Source of the DNA: Feifaniaceae bacterium
GTDB taxonomy: Bacteria > Bacillota > Clostridia > Christensenellales > CAG-138
DNA: 44,367 nucleotides
Direction of reading: 5' to 3'
Assembly: GCA_035561315.1 (NCBI GenBank)
Contig: DATMXR010000112.1
Location: 1-44,367, forward strand
Made by a program: the position numbers and the translations under genes. Each line of letters begins with the position of its first letter. Positions within the stretch are counted from its first letter, which is position 1. The notes below the pieces were generated by a model. The model was not told the origin of the DNA. It did no database searches and saw nothing but the letters and a program-made list of their open reading frames with translations. Shown piece by piece: positions 27,186 through 36,181 of this stretch.

Positions 27186-28569
27186 GAAAATCGACGAAGC
27201 CGACATCGCGTATCTCATACGCATCACGTCGCCCGGGCGCGTCGTCACGGGCAACGCCATCAGCCCCGATTACAGCCACGACGAGCTGGGCGGCGTCGAA
27301 CTCCTGCCCGATGTGCTTGTAAGAGCCGTTTCCACGGAGGAAGTCGCCTCCGTGATGAAATACGCCAACGAACAGCATATTCCCGTGGTGGCGCGGGGGA
27401 GCGGCACGGGCCTTGTGGGCGCCGCGGTCGCGCTGCACGGCGGCATCATGCTCGAAACCGCGCTGATGAACAGCATACTGGAGCTGGACGAAAACAACCT
27501 GACCGTTACCGTGCAGCCCGGGGTGCTGCTTATGGAGCTTGCCGCCTTCGCGGAGGCGCGCAAATTCCTCTATCCCCCCGACCCGGGCGAAAAGACGGCC
27601 ACGATCGGCGGCAACATCAGCACGAACGCGGGCGGCATGCGCGCCGTAAAGTACGGCGTCACCCGCGATTATGTGCGCGGCCTGACGGTGGTGCTGCCGA
27701 CCGGCGAGGTCATCAAAACGGGCGGGAAAGTGGTAAAGAACAGCACGGGCTACAGCATCCAGAACCTCATCGTGGGTTCGGAGGGCACGCTTGGTATCAT
27801 CACCGAAGCGGTCTTAAAAGTGATCCCGCTGCCCGCGGTCACGGTATCGCTTTTAATTCCGTTCTCCTCCATCCGGGAGGCGATCGGGACCGTGCCCCCG
27901 CTCGTCAGGAGCCGCGCCTCGCTCACCGCGGTCGAGTTCATGGAACGGGATACCATACTCTTTGCGGAAGAATATCTGGGCAAGCGGTTCCCCGACACCA
28001 AAGCCCCGGCGTACCTTTTAGTGACCGTGGACGGAAACGACCGCGCGGCCGTCGACAAGGAACTCTCCATGATCGCGGATCTCTGCATCAATGAGGGCGC
28101 GCACGACGCCTATATCGTGGACACCGACGAGCGCAAGCAGTCCGTCTGGAGCGCGCGGGGCGCGTTCCTGGAAGCCATCAAGGCCTCCACCGACGAGCTG
28201 GACGAGTGCGACGTCGTGGTCCCCCGCGATAAAGTGGCGGAATTCATCCTCTACACGCATGAGATCGCGCAGGAACTCCATGTGCGCATCCCCAGCTTCG
28301 GGCATGCGGGGGACGGCAACCTGCACGTATACGTCTGCCGCGACGGGCGGGGCGAGGAGGACTGGAAGCGGGTGCTCAACTTAGCCTTTGACCGGATGTA
28401 TTTGAAGGCGCGGGAAATGAACGGCCTGGTTTCGGGCGAACACGGCATAGGCTATGCGAAAAAACGGTATATGGCGGAAACGTTCGAGAACGGGCAGTTG
28501 GAGCTCATGCGCGGGATCAAGCGGGCGTTCGACCCCAACGGCATTCTGAACCCGGGAAAATTGTTCTAA
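27178..28569 (+). CDS. FAD-linked oxidase (GlcD / D-lactate dehydrogenase LctD-like 2-hydroxyacid dehydrogenase)
   Basis: The FAD_binding_4 motif is [15 protein letters not shown]. The C-terminal region [12 protein letters not shown]...[10 protein letters not shown] is typical of GlcD/Dld. It overlaps etfA by 8 nt. Confidence 0.9.
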   Translation: MYKKIDEADIAYLIRITSPGRVVTGNAISPDYSHDELGGVELLPDVLVRAVSTEEVASVMKYANEQHIPVVARGSGTGLVGAAVALHGGIMLETALMNSILELDENNLTVTVQPGVLLMELAAFAEARKFLYPPDPGEKTATIGGNISTNAGGMRAVKYGVTRDYVRGLTVVLPTGEVIKTGGKVVKNSTGYSIQNLIVGSEGTLGIITEAVLKVIPLPAVTVSLLIPFSSIREAIGTVPPLVRSRASLTAVEFMERDTILFAEEYLGKRFPDTKAPAYLLVTVDGNDRAAVDKELSMIADLCINEGAHDAYIVDTDERKQSVWSARGAFLEAIKASTDELDECDVVVPRDKVAEFILYTHEIAQELHVRIPSFGHAGDGNLHVYVCRDGRGEEDWKRVLNLAFDRMYLKAREMNGLVSGEHGIGYAKKRYMAETFENGQLELMRGIKRAFDPNGILNPGKLF

Positions 28570-28591
28570 AAACGCCCCGTATCCTGCGCCG

Positions 28592-29527
28592 CTATTCCCG
28601 CAGGGCGTCGCAGGCGATCTTTATAAAATCGCGCGCGGCGTTGGAAAGATAGCGGCTGCGGTCATAGCAAATGGCCAGCGTCCCGGAGGCGGAAGCGTCC
28701 GTAATGGGGAAATAGTCCACGGTTTCATCCTCCCCGGGGTTCATGCCGTGGATGTGTTTGAGGAACAGCTCGGGGTAGACGGCGATCCCCATCCCGTTCT
28801 GCGCCAGCGCGTAGGCCGTTTCCGTGTTTTCGGTCTCAAAAAGCACATTGAGCTTCACGCCGCGGGAACTGGTGTAGCCGTCGATCAGGCTGCGGATCCG
28901 GTTGCCTTTCTTCAGCAGGATGAACGGCATATCCTCAAAGCAGGAGATATCCGCCGAAATCGAGAATTTGCCGCGCATATATTCAGAGTGCTCGCCAAAG
29001 AGCGTTTTTGACAGCTTCCTGGGCACAAGCAGCAGCAGCCGCTCCACGGCCAAGGGGATGATCTCCACCGATTCGAGCGTGACGGGGGTGAATACGATCA
29101 TCAGGTCGATGCGCCCGTGTTTGAGGTGATCCTCCAGCTCCGCGGAGTTTCCCTCCATCACGGACGTCTCTATGAACGGGTTCTTTTCGTGGAACCCCGG
29201 CAATATCTTGGGCAGTATGGCGCGGCCGCAGGTATGGGACATCCCTATGCGAAGCGCGCCGCGGCGCTGCCCCGCGATATCGTCCATCTCGCTGTACGCC
29301 TGCCGCTCCAGATCCAATATCTTTCGGGCGAACGTCTCCAGCCTGACGCCCGCGTAGGTAAGCGCGAACACCGGCGTCCGGTCGAAAAGCTTTACATTGA
29401 GGTCCTTTTCCAGCGCCGCGATATGCGCGCTCAGGGATTGCTGGCTGATGTAGAGGCGCTTTGCGGCCCTGGTGACGTTCAGCTCCTCCGTGACCACAAG
29501 AAAATACTTCAGGCTCGTAAAATTCAT
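28592..29527 (-). CDS. LysR-family transcriptional regulator
   Basis: Trimmed to the ATG at 29527. The N-terminal HTH is MNFTSLKYFLVVTEELNVTRAAKRLYISQQSLSAHIAALEKDLNVKLFDR. It is 311 aa and divergent from the glutamate mutase operon. Confidence 0.9.
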   Translation of the reverse strand: MNFTSLKYFLVVTEELNVTRAAKRLYISQQSLSAHIAALEKDLNVKLFDRTPVFALTYAGVRLETFARKILDLERQAYSEMDDIAGQRRGALRIGMSHTCGRAILPKILPGFHEKNPFIETSVMEGNSAELEDHLKHGRIDLMIVFTPVTLESVEIIPLAVERLLLLVPRKLSKTLFGEHSEYMRGKFSISADISCFEDMPFILLKKGNRIRSLIDGYTSSRGVKLNVLFETENTETAYALAQNGMGIAVYPELFLKHIHGMNPGEDETVDYFPITDASASGTLAICYDRSRYLSNAARDFIKIACDALRE

Positions 29528-29546
29528 ATCTGTTCCGGTCCGCTCT

Positions 29547-29568
29547 ATCACAATCAAAATGCTGTGAT
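29547..29568. promoter_or_regulatory. Inverted repeat ATCACA-N10-TGTGAT, a candidate LysR-type operator
   Basis: This perfect 6-bp dyad lies 20-40 bp upstream of the lysR-family start codon. The spacing differs from the classical T-N11-A core, so the call is low confidence. Confidence 0.3.
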
Positions 29569-29659
29569 GAAATGTGCGTATTATGTGTTGGATATTGTTA
29601 TAAACCGATGTTACCATCATAGCATAGCATAAGGGAAAAGTCACCGGTAGTCTTGAGGA

Positions 29660-29668
29660 TGGTATATT
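29660..29668 (+). promoter_or_regulatory. Candidate extended -10 promoter element (TGgTATATT) for the glutamate mutase operon leader
   Basis: TG-n-TATATT sits at 29660-29668. The -35 region (gtcacc) is poor. This rests on pattern only. Confidence 0.3.
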
Positions 29669-29788
29669 GCGAGTCATACGGGCGGAGCAAGGTTCCAGAG
29701 ATACGGTCGCCGGAACAGCCCGGCGCGCCCGAACAGGCGCCGCCGGATTTGGCATGCCGCGGCCGTACCGGCGGCCCCTGTGGAAAAC

Positions 29789-29818
29789 GCCCGCGCATAT
29801 TCGTGGGCTTTTTGTTTG
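29789..29818 (+). terminator. Intrinsic-terminator-like hairpin plus U-tract inside the 5' leader of the glutamate mutase operon
   Basis: The sequence is gcccgcg-catatt-cgtgggc (7 bp including one G.U) followed by tttttgtttg. It lies about 150 nt upstream of the glmS-type start and is preceded by a GC-rich region with nested helices (29705-29713 pairs with 29768-29776; 29721-29726 pairs with 29737-29742). Confidence 0.5.
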
Positions 29819-29968
29819 CCGCTCCTTCCGGCTGCGGCCGGATGAGCTTCGGGGGCGCGGGATCACTTGAAACGATTGGTAAGCGCGACAGGGTCCAGGC
29901 TGTGGCGGAATTGATAAACATGCGGCGCTGCGGCGCTATCTTGCCTTGCGGAGGCGAAGACGCGAAAA

Positions 29969-30379
29969 ATGAAGAAAAAGCTGGTCATGGGCGTGATCGG
30001 GGCGGACGTGCACGCGGTGGGCAACAGGATCCTCTACCATGTGTTTACGGAAGCGGGCTTCGAGGTGGTCAACCTGGGGGTCATGGTTTCGCAGGAGGAG
30101 TATATCGACGCCGCCGTGGAAACGGGCGCGGACGCCATCGTGGTATCGTCCCTGTACGGGCACGGGGAACTGGATTGCCGGGGCCTGCGCGAGAAGTGCG
30201 ACGAAGCGGGCCTGAAGGGAATCCTTTTGTACGCGGGCGGCAACCTGGTGGTGGGCAAGCAGCCCTTCGACGAAGTGGAGCGGCGCTTTCTCGCCATGGG
30301 ATTCGACCGGGTATTCCCCCCGGGGGCCGATCCCCAGGCGGCGGTCGCGGCGCTTAAGGAGGCGCTTCAAATTGACTGA
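29969..30379 (+). CDS. glmS: Glutamate (methylaspartate) mutase sigma subunit, B12-binding
   Basis: 136 aa. [22 protein letters not shown] carries the DxHxxG cobalamin-ligand motif. The rest is closely similar to clostridial MutS/GlmS, recalled from memory. Confidence 0.93.
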   Translation: MKKKLVMGVIGADVHAVGNRILYHVFTEAGFEVVNLGVMVSQEEYIDAAVETGADAIVVSSLYGHGELDCRGLREKCDEAGLKGILLYAGGNLVVGKQPFDEVERRFLAMGFDRVFPPGADPQAAVAALKEALQID

Positions 30380-31772
30380 GCCCGTGCTGCTCATCGATTT
30401 CGGCAGCACCTACACCAAGCTCACTGCGGTGGATGTTGGCGAAGAACGGCTGCTGGGCACGGCGCAGAGCCATACCACCGTGCGGACGGATATCGGCGAG
30501 GGGCTTTCCCGCGCCCTATGCGCGCTTGAGAGCCGTACGGGCAAGCTGGAGTTTACGGCGCGCTACGCCTGCTCCAGCGCCGCCGGGGGGCTCAATATGT
30601 GCGCCTGCGGCCTGGTGCCCGCGCTGACGGGCAAGGCGGCAAAGCTCGCGGCTCTGGGCGCGGGCGCGAAGGTGGCAAAAACCTATTCTTACCAGCTGAC
30701 CGGCGCGGACATCCGGGAGCTCGAGCGCATCGGCCCGGATATCCTGCTGCTGACCGGCGGCACCGACGGCGGCGACAGCGCGTGCATCCTGCACAATGCG
30801 CGCTCCCTTGCGCAAAGCGCGCTTATTTGCCCCATCGTGCTGGCGGGGAACCGGAGCTGCGCCGAGGAATGCGCGGCGATCCTCTCCGCCAAACGGGTGT
30901 ATATGACCGCGAACGTGATGCCGCGGTTCAACGAGCTGGATATCAAGCCCGCGCAGGAGTGCATCCGTTCCATATTTATGGAGCGGATCGTCTGCGCCAA
31001 GGGGTTAAGCGGCGCGCAAAGCCTGCTTGACGGCATCGTGATGCCTACGCCTGCGGCGGCGTACCGGGCGCTGGAGCTGCTCTCCAAAGGCTGCGCGGAC
31101 GAACCCGGCCTGGGCGAGCTGATGGCCGTGGACCTGGGCGGCGCCACAACGGACGTGTACTCCATGTCCGGCGGCGAACCGCGCCAGCCCAACACGTTCG
31201 TCAGCGGGCTGACGGAGCCCTACGCCAAGCGCTCCGTGGAAGGCGATATCGGCATGCGGTTTAACGCCCTTGGCATATTGGAAAGCGCGGGGAGAGAGCG
31301 CATCGCGGCTTTATGCGGCCTTGCGCCCGAAGAAGCCGAAGCCCGCGTGCGGGCTTTGGCCGCGGACCCTAAGTACCTGCCCCAAAGCGGGGAGGACGCC
31401 CTTCTCGATCACGCGCTCGCCTCGCTCGCGGTGGAAATCGCGGCCATGCGGCACGCGGGTACGCTCGAGAGCGTATGCACCCCTTTGGGCTGGTCGTACC
31501 TGCAAACAGGCAAGGACCTGCGGGACGTAACAAAGCTGGTGCTGACCGGCGGGGCGCTGATACGCGCCCGGGGCGTCGGGGGGATCGCCGCGCGCGCCCT
31601 GTACAGCGAGGAACAGCCGATGTCGCTCAGGCCCGTCCGGGCCGAGGTGCTGCTGGACGGGCAATACATCCTTTCCGCAATGGGGCTTTTGAGCGTCACC
31701 CATCCCGGCGCGGCGCTGCGGATATTGAAAAAGGAGTTGACGAGTTATGGATCTGTGCAACAGGAAGCTTAG
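30372..31772 (+). CDS. glmL: Glutamate mutase accessory protein MutL/GlmL (ASKHA-fold putative reactivase/chaperone)
   Basis: [16 protein letters not shown] is the N-terminal phosphate-1-like motif. The gene sits between the S and E subunit genes. It starts with TTG at 30372, or possibly GTG at 30384. Confidence 0.85.
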   Translation: MTEPVLLIDFGSTYTKLTAVDVGEERLLGTAQSHTTVRTDIGEGLSRALCALESRTGKLEFTARYACSSAAGGLNMCACGLVPALTGKAAKLAALGAGAKVAKTYSYQLTGADIRELERIGPDILLLTGGTDGGDSACILHNARSLAQSALICPIVLAGNRSCAEECAAILSAKRVYMTANVMPRFNELDIKPAQECIRSIFMERIVCAKGLSGAQSLLDGIVMPTPAAAYRALELLSKGCADEPGLGELMAVDLGGATTDVYSMSGGEPRQPNTFVSGLTEPYAKRSVEGDIGMRFNALGILESAGRERIAALCGLAPEEAEARVRALAADPKYLPQSGEDALLDHALASLAVEIAAMRHAGTLESVCTPLGWSYLQTGKDLRDVTKLVLTGGALIRARGVGGIAARALYSEEQPMSLRPVRAEVLLDGQYILSAMGLLSVTHPGAALRILKKELTSYGSVQQEA

Positions 31773-33195
31773 CGACGAGGCGTTCCATTCCATCCGGGCC
31801 GATGTGCTCAGGCAGTGGCCCACGGGCGCGGATGCGGATTTTGACCGGGGCGTAGCGTACCACAGGCGGCTTCCCGGCAGCAAGGTATTCTCCGAAAAGC
31901 TCAGGCGCGCCGACGAGGCGGGTGCAACGCTGGTGCAGCCGCGCGCGGGCGTCGCCTGTATCGAGGACCATATCACTTTGCTCAAATACCTGCAGGATAA
32001 CGGCGAGGCCGATCTTCTGCCCACCACGATCGACAGCTACACGCGTTTGAACCGCTACGAGGAGGCGGAAAAGGGCATCCGCGAAACCGAACTGAGCGGC
32101 AAATCCATGCTCAACGGCTTCCCGGCGGTCAACCACGGCGTACCCGGCTGCCGCAGGATCATAGAGGCGCTCGATACGCCCGTACAGGTGCGGCACGGCA
32201 CGCCGGACGCGCGCCTGCTGGCGGAAATCAGCTACGCGGGCGGCTTTACAAGCTTTGAGGGCGGCGGTATTTCCTATAATATCCCTTATGCAAAAAACGC
32301 GACTCTTACGCGCACCATACGGGACTGGCAGTACGTAGACAGGCTCACCGGGATGTACGAGGAGGCGGGCGCGCCCATCAACCGCGAGCCCTTCGGCCCG
32401 CTGACGGGCACGCTGGTGCCGCCCTGCGTTTCCCACGCCGTGGCCATCATAGAAAGCCTGCTGGCGGCCGAGCAGGGCTGCCGCAACATCACCGTAGGGT
32501 ACGGCCAGTGCGGGAACCTGGTGCAGGACGTCGCGGCGATCGAGACGCTGCGCAGCCTGACCGGGGAATATCTTACACGGTACGGCTACGGCGACGTCGC
32601 GCTCACCACGGTGATGCACCAGTGGATGGGCGGCTTCCCGCAGGACGAAGCAAAGGCGTTCGGCGTGATCGCGCTGGGCAGCGTGGCGGCCGTACTCGGG
32701 AAGGCCACCAAGATCATCGTCAAAACGCCGCACGAGGCGTTCGGGGTGCCCACCATGGAGTCAAACGCCCAGGGTTTAAGATGCACGCGGCAGGTGATCT
32801 CCATGCTCAGCGACCAGAAGCCGGATGAAAACAGCCTGGCGCTGGAGCGGAGCGTCATAGAGGCCGAGACCCGCTGCATACTCGATAAATGCTTCGAGCT
32901 GGGCGGGGGCGATATCGCCGCGGGCGCGGTGAACGCGTTCGAGGCGGGCGTGCTGGATATCCCCTTCGCGCCCAGCAAGTACAACAAAGGCCTGATGCTT
33001 CCCGCGCGCGACAACGAGGGCGCGGTGCGCATGCTAAAGCCCGGCGCGATCCCGCTCTCCCCCGACCTGATGGAATTCCACCGGGAAAAGATCGAGCGGC
33101 GCGCCCAAACGGAAAGACGCAGCGTCAGCTTCCAGATGGTGATCGACGATATCTACGCCGTGGGCAAGGGCCGCCTGGTCGGCCGCCCGCGCTGA
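31747..33195 (+). CDS. glmE: Glutamate (methylaspartate) mutase epsilon subunit
   Basis: 482 aa. The N-terminus [27 protein letters not shown] parallels clostridial MutE/GlmE (MELKNKKWTDEEFH...QQWPTG, recalled from memory). Confidence 0.93.
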   Translation: MDLCNRKLSDEAFHSIRADVLRQWPTGADADFDRGVAYHRRLPGSKVFSEKLRRADEAGATLVQPRAGVACIEDHITLLKYLQDNGEADLLPTTIDSYTRLNRYEEAEKGIRETELSGKSMLNGFPAVNHGVPGCRRIIEALDTPVQVRHGTPDARLLAEISYAGGFTSFEGGGISYNIPYAKNATLTRTIRDWQYVDRLTGMYEEAGAPINREPFGPLTGTLVPPCVSHAVAIIESLLAAEQGCRNITVGYGQCGNLVQDVAAIETLRSLTGEYLTRYGYGDVALTTVMHQWMGGFPQDEAKAFGVIALGSVAAVLGKATKIIVKTPHEAFGVPTMESNAQGLRCTRQVISMLSDQKPDENSLALERSVIEAETRCILDKCFELGGGDIAAGAVNAFEAGVLDIPFAPSKYNKGLMLPARDNEGAVRMLKPGAIPLSPDLMEFHREKIERRAQTERRSVSFQMVIDDIYAVGKGRLVGRPR

Positions 33196-33222
33196 ATAAA
33201 TTCCGGAATTCGGAGGGAACAG

Positions 33223-34482
33223 ATGCGCATCAAAAAGGTTTTGTATGCGGGCGGACGCACCGGCTTCTTTTTCGACGACCAGAAGGCTATCAAGGCCGGG
33301 GCCGCGGCGGACGGGGAGGCGTACCTTGGCAAGGCGTGTACGCAGGGCTTCTCCGCCGTGCGCCAGGCGGGCGAATGTGTGTCCGTGCTGCTGCTGCTCG
33401 AGGACGGACAGCTGGCCTGGGGGGACTGCGCCGCCGTGCAGTATTCCGGCGCGGGCGGCAGGGACCCGCTGTTTTTGGCGCGGGACTTTATACCGGTCAT
33501 GGAGGCGTACGTCACCCCCGCGCTGGAGGGAGCGGAACTGACCACATTCCGCGGTATGGCGGAGAAGATCGAGGGGATCGTCACGGCGGAAGGCGCGCGG
33601 CTGCATACCGCCGTCCGCTACGGCGTGACCCAGGCGCTGCTGGACGCGGTGGCAAAATCAACGCATAGGCTCATGTGCCGGGTCATCGCAGACGAATACG
33701 GCTGTACAATGTCCAGGCGGCCCATCCCCATATTCGCGCAGTCCGGCGACAACCGGTACGCCAACGCCGATAAAATGATATTAAAAGGCGCGCAGGTGCT
33801 CCCCCACGCGCTCATCAACAATGTGGACGCCAAACTGGGCAGGCACGGCGAGCTGCTTTTGGAATACGTCGGCTGGCTCCGGGAGCGGATACTCAAACTG
33901 CGCCCGGAGGAAAGCTACGCCCCCGTGCTGCACATCGACGTGTACGGCACCATCGGGCAGGCGTTCGGGAACGACAATTATGAAGCCATGGCGGAGTACC
34001 TGGGCCGCCTATGCGAGGCCGCAAAGCCTTTCCGCCTGCGCATCGAGGGGCCCATGGACGCGGGCGGCAGGCAAGAGCAGATGGAGGCGCTCCGCGACCT
34101 TCGCCGGGCGGTGGACGAACGCTGTATCCCCGTGGAGCTTGTGGCCGACGAATGGTGCAACACGCTGGAGGATATCGTATATTTCGCGGACAACCGGGCG
34201 GGCCATATGATACAGATCAAGACGCCGGACCTGGGCGGCGTCAACAACGTGGCGGAGGCGGTGCTTTATTGCAAACAAAAGGGCATCGGCGCCTATCAGG
34301 GCGGCACGTGCAACGAGACGGAGCGCTCGGCCCAGGTTTGCGTCCATATCGCGATGGCGGCGCAGCCCGACCAGATACTCGCCAAGCCCGGCATGGGCGT
34401 GGACGAGGGGTACATGATCGTCTACAACGAAATGCGCCGCATTTTAACGCTCAACGAATACTTGGAAGGAGGCAGGCAATGA
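33223..34482 (+). CDS. mal: 3-methylaspartate ammonia-lyase
   Basis: 419 aa. MRIKKVLYAGGRTGFFFDDQKAIKAGA parallels clostridial MAL (MKIVDVLCTPGLTGFYFDDQRAIKKGA, recalled from memory). The body is enolase-superfamily. RBS GGAGGG lies upstream. Confidence 0.93.
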   Translation: MRIKKVLYAGGRTGFFFDDQKAIKAGAAADGEAYLGKACTQGFSAVRQAGECVSVLLLLEDGQLAWGDCAAVQYSGAGGRDPLFLARDFIPVMEAYVTPALEGAELTTFRGMAEKIEGIVTAEGARLHTAVRYGVTQALLDAVAKSTHRLMCRVIADEYGCTMSRRPIPIFAQSGDNRYANADKMILKGAQVLPHALINNVDAKLGRHGELLLEYVGWLRERILKLRPEESYAPVLHIDVYGTIGQAFGNDNYEAMAEYLGRLCEAAKPFRLRIEGPMDAGGRQEQMEALRDLRRAVDERCIPVELVADEWCNTLEDIVYFADNRAGHMIQIKTPDLGGVNNVAEAVLYCKQKGIGAYQGGTCNETERSAQVCVHIAMAAQPDQILAKPGMGVDEGYMIVYNEMRRILTLNEYLEGGRQ

Positions 34483-35840
34483 AAGAGGAGTTCCGCATAC
34501 TCTCCGCAACCGCCATACTGGGCTACGGGTTTCCCAAAGCGTCCTTTGAGGAGGGCATGAAACGCCGCCCCCACCTGATCGCCGCGGACGCGGGTTCCAC
34601 CGACCCGGGCCCCTATTACCTGGGCGCGGGCGTCTCCTTCACGGACAGGAACGCGGTCATGCGCGACCTTGAGATCATGCTGCTTTCCGGCATCCCGAAC
34701 GGCATCCCCGTCGTCATAGGCACGGCGGGCGGCAGCGGGGCGGAGCCCCACCTTAGCTGGTGCCGGGAAATCATCGAGGAGATCGCCCGCAGGCACGATC
34801 TCCATTTTAAAATGGCGCTCCTCCACGCCGAATTTGATAAGGGCATGCTTTTACAGGAGCTTGCCGCCGGGCGCATCGCCCCGCTCCCTCCCGCGCCCGC
34901 GCTGACGGCAGGCGATATCGAAGCGTCCAGCCACATCGTGGGGCAGATGGGACTTGAACCCATCATGCGCGCGCTCCATAGCGGCGCGCAGGTGGTGCTG
35001 GCCGGGCGGGCGTACGACCCGGCCGTGTTCGCGGCGCCCGCGGTCTTAAAAGGATACGACAAGGGCCTTGCCGTGCATCTTGGCAAGATACTCGAATGCG
35101 CCGCCATCTGCGCCGCGCCGGGCAGCGGCTCGGACTGCATGTTCGGCTGCATCGGTGAGGACTACTTTACCGTGGAGCCATTGAATCCCGCGCGCAAATG
35201 CACCACGCTTTCCGTGGCTGCCCACACGCTGTACGAAAAGACGAACCCCTACATACTGCCCGGGCCGGGCGGACACCTGGACCTGACGGACTGCCGCTTC
35301 GAGCAGCTGACGGACAGCGCCGTCCGGGTGACGGGCAGCCGGTTTGTCCCCGCAGCAAGCTATACCGTGAAGCTGGAGGGAGCGAAAAAGATCGGGTTTC
35401 GCACCGTTTCCATCGCGGGCACGCGGGACCCCGTCATGATCGCCGGGATCGACGAGATCACCGCGGGCGTGCGCGAGCGCGTGGCGGACAATTTCCGCGA
35501 GAACGGCTGGGATTACCGGCTGCATTTTATACTCTACGGGCGCGACGGCGTGATGGGGCCTCTGGAGCCCGCCCCCGGCACCGAGGGCGTCCACGAGCTG
35601 GGCGTCGTGATCGAGGCGGTGGCGGACACTCAGGAAAAAGCCGACACCATCTGCGCCTTCGCCCGCTCCACCATGCTGCATTACGGATACGCGGGCCGCA
35701 GGGCCACGGCGGGCAACCTGGCGTTCCCGTACTCCCCCAGCGATTTTCACGCGGGGGAGGTCTACGTATTCAGCGTATACCACCTGCTGCAAACGGAGGA
35801 CCCCGCCGCCCTGTTCCCCGCCGAACTGATCGCGCTGTAA
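34479..35840 (+). CDS. AtuA-like (DUF1446 family) protein of unknown function
   Basis: Trimmed to the ATG at 34479 (MKEEFRILSATAILGYGFP...), which forms an ATGA overlap with the mal stop. It is 453 aa. The family call comes from remembered resemblance to 'acyclic terpene utilization AtuA family' proteins and from the adjacent DUF4387-like gene. It needs an HMM check. Confidence 0.65.
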   Translation: MKEEFRILSATAILGYGFPKASFEEGMKRRPHLIAADAGSTDPGPYYLGAGVSFTDRNAVMRDLEIMLLSGIPNGIPVVIGTAGGSGAEPHLSWCREIIEEIARRHDLHFKMALLHAEFDKGMLLQELAAGRIAPLPPAPALTAGDIEASSHIVGQMGLEPIMRALHSGAQVVLAGRAYDPAVFAAPAVLKGYDKGLAVHLGKILECAAICAAPGSGSDCMFGCIGEDYFTVEPLNPARKCTTLSVAAHTLYEKTNPYILPGPGGHLDLTDCRFEQLTDSAVRVTGSRFVPAASYTVKLEGAKKIGFRTVSIAGTRDPVMIAGIDEITAGVRERVADNFRENGWDYRLHFILYGRDGVMGPLEPAPGTEGVHELGVVIEAVADTQEKADTICAFARSTMLHYGYAGRRATAGNLAFPYSPSDFHAGEVYVFSVYHLLQTEDPAALFPAELIAL

Positions 35841-35850
35841 GGAGCATGCC

Positions 35851-36168
35851 ATGAAGACGAAGCTTACCGAAATCGCGGACATCATCCGCAGCAAGAACTC
35901 GGGTCCCTACGAGCTGACGATGGATATCCTGTTCAAGGACTTCGAAAGCTTTGAGCGGGTATGCAGGGCCAAAGCCATCGACGAAGAGACCGTCTGCCGG
36001 CTCTATGGCGTAAAGCCCGAGGACATCATCAACATCGTGGAATTCAAGCCCGCCAAGGCGATCAAGATCACCATACGGCGCCCCCTGTGCTCGGGCGACC
36101 CGGGCGAGACGGACGTCTACGGCGCGCAGCAGCACGCCCCGCTGCTGTACCTCGAACTCGATATTTAA
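35851..36168 (+). CDS. DUF4387-like small protein (corresponds to the C-terminal part of full-length AtuA)
   Basis: 105 aa, starting MKTKLTEIADIIRSKNSGPYELTMDILF.... RBS GGAG lies upstream. The family was recalled from memory, not searched. Confidence 0.6.
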   Translation: MKTKLTEIADIIRSKNSGPYELTMDILFKDFESFERVCRAKAIDEETVCRLYGVKPEDIINIVEFKPAKAIKITIRRPLCSGDPGETDVYGAQQHAPLLYLELDI

Positions 36169-36181
36169 AGAGGAGGGCAAT

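Noticed and set aside
29630-29820. A possible cobalamin riboswitch or T-box in the leader of the B12-dependent glutamate mutase operon.
   Set aside because: AAGGGAAAAG superficially resembles the start of a B12 element, and GGCCGTACCGGCG resembles the T-box GGUGGUACCGCG. However, I found no B12 box (GCCACUG), no GGUG...AA..CC core, no specifier-loop/AGAGA features and no exact T-box. I therefore reported it only as an unclassified structured leader.
29528-29866. A 113-codon extension of the LysR ORF. Analogous 5' extensions occur on rhaA (39632-39763), the TIM-barrel gene (42713-42841), the AtuA-like gene (34011-34478, overlapping mal), the FAD oxidoreductase (22572-22646) and the response regulator (4155-4223).
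   Set aside because: The family N-termini (for example the LysR HTH MNFTSLKYF...) begin at internal ATGs that carry GGAG-type RBSs. The extensions are low-complexity or run into neighbouring genes and regulatory DNA.
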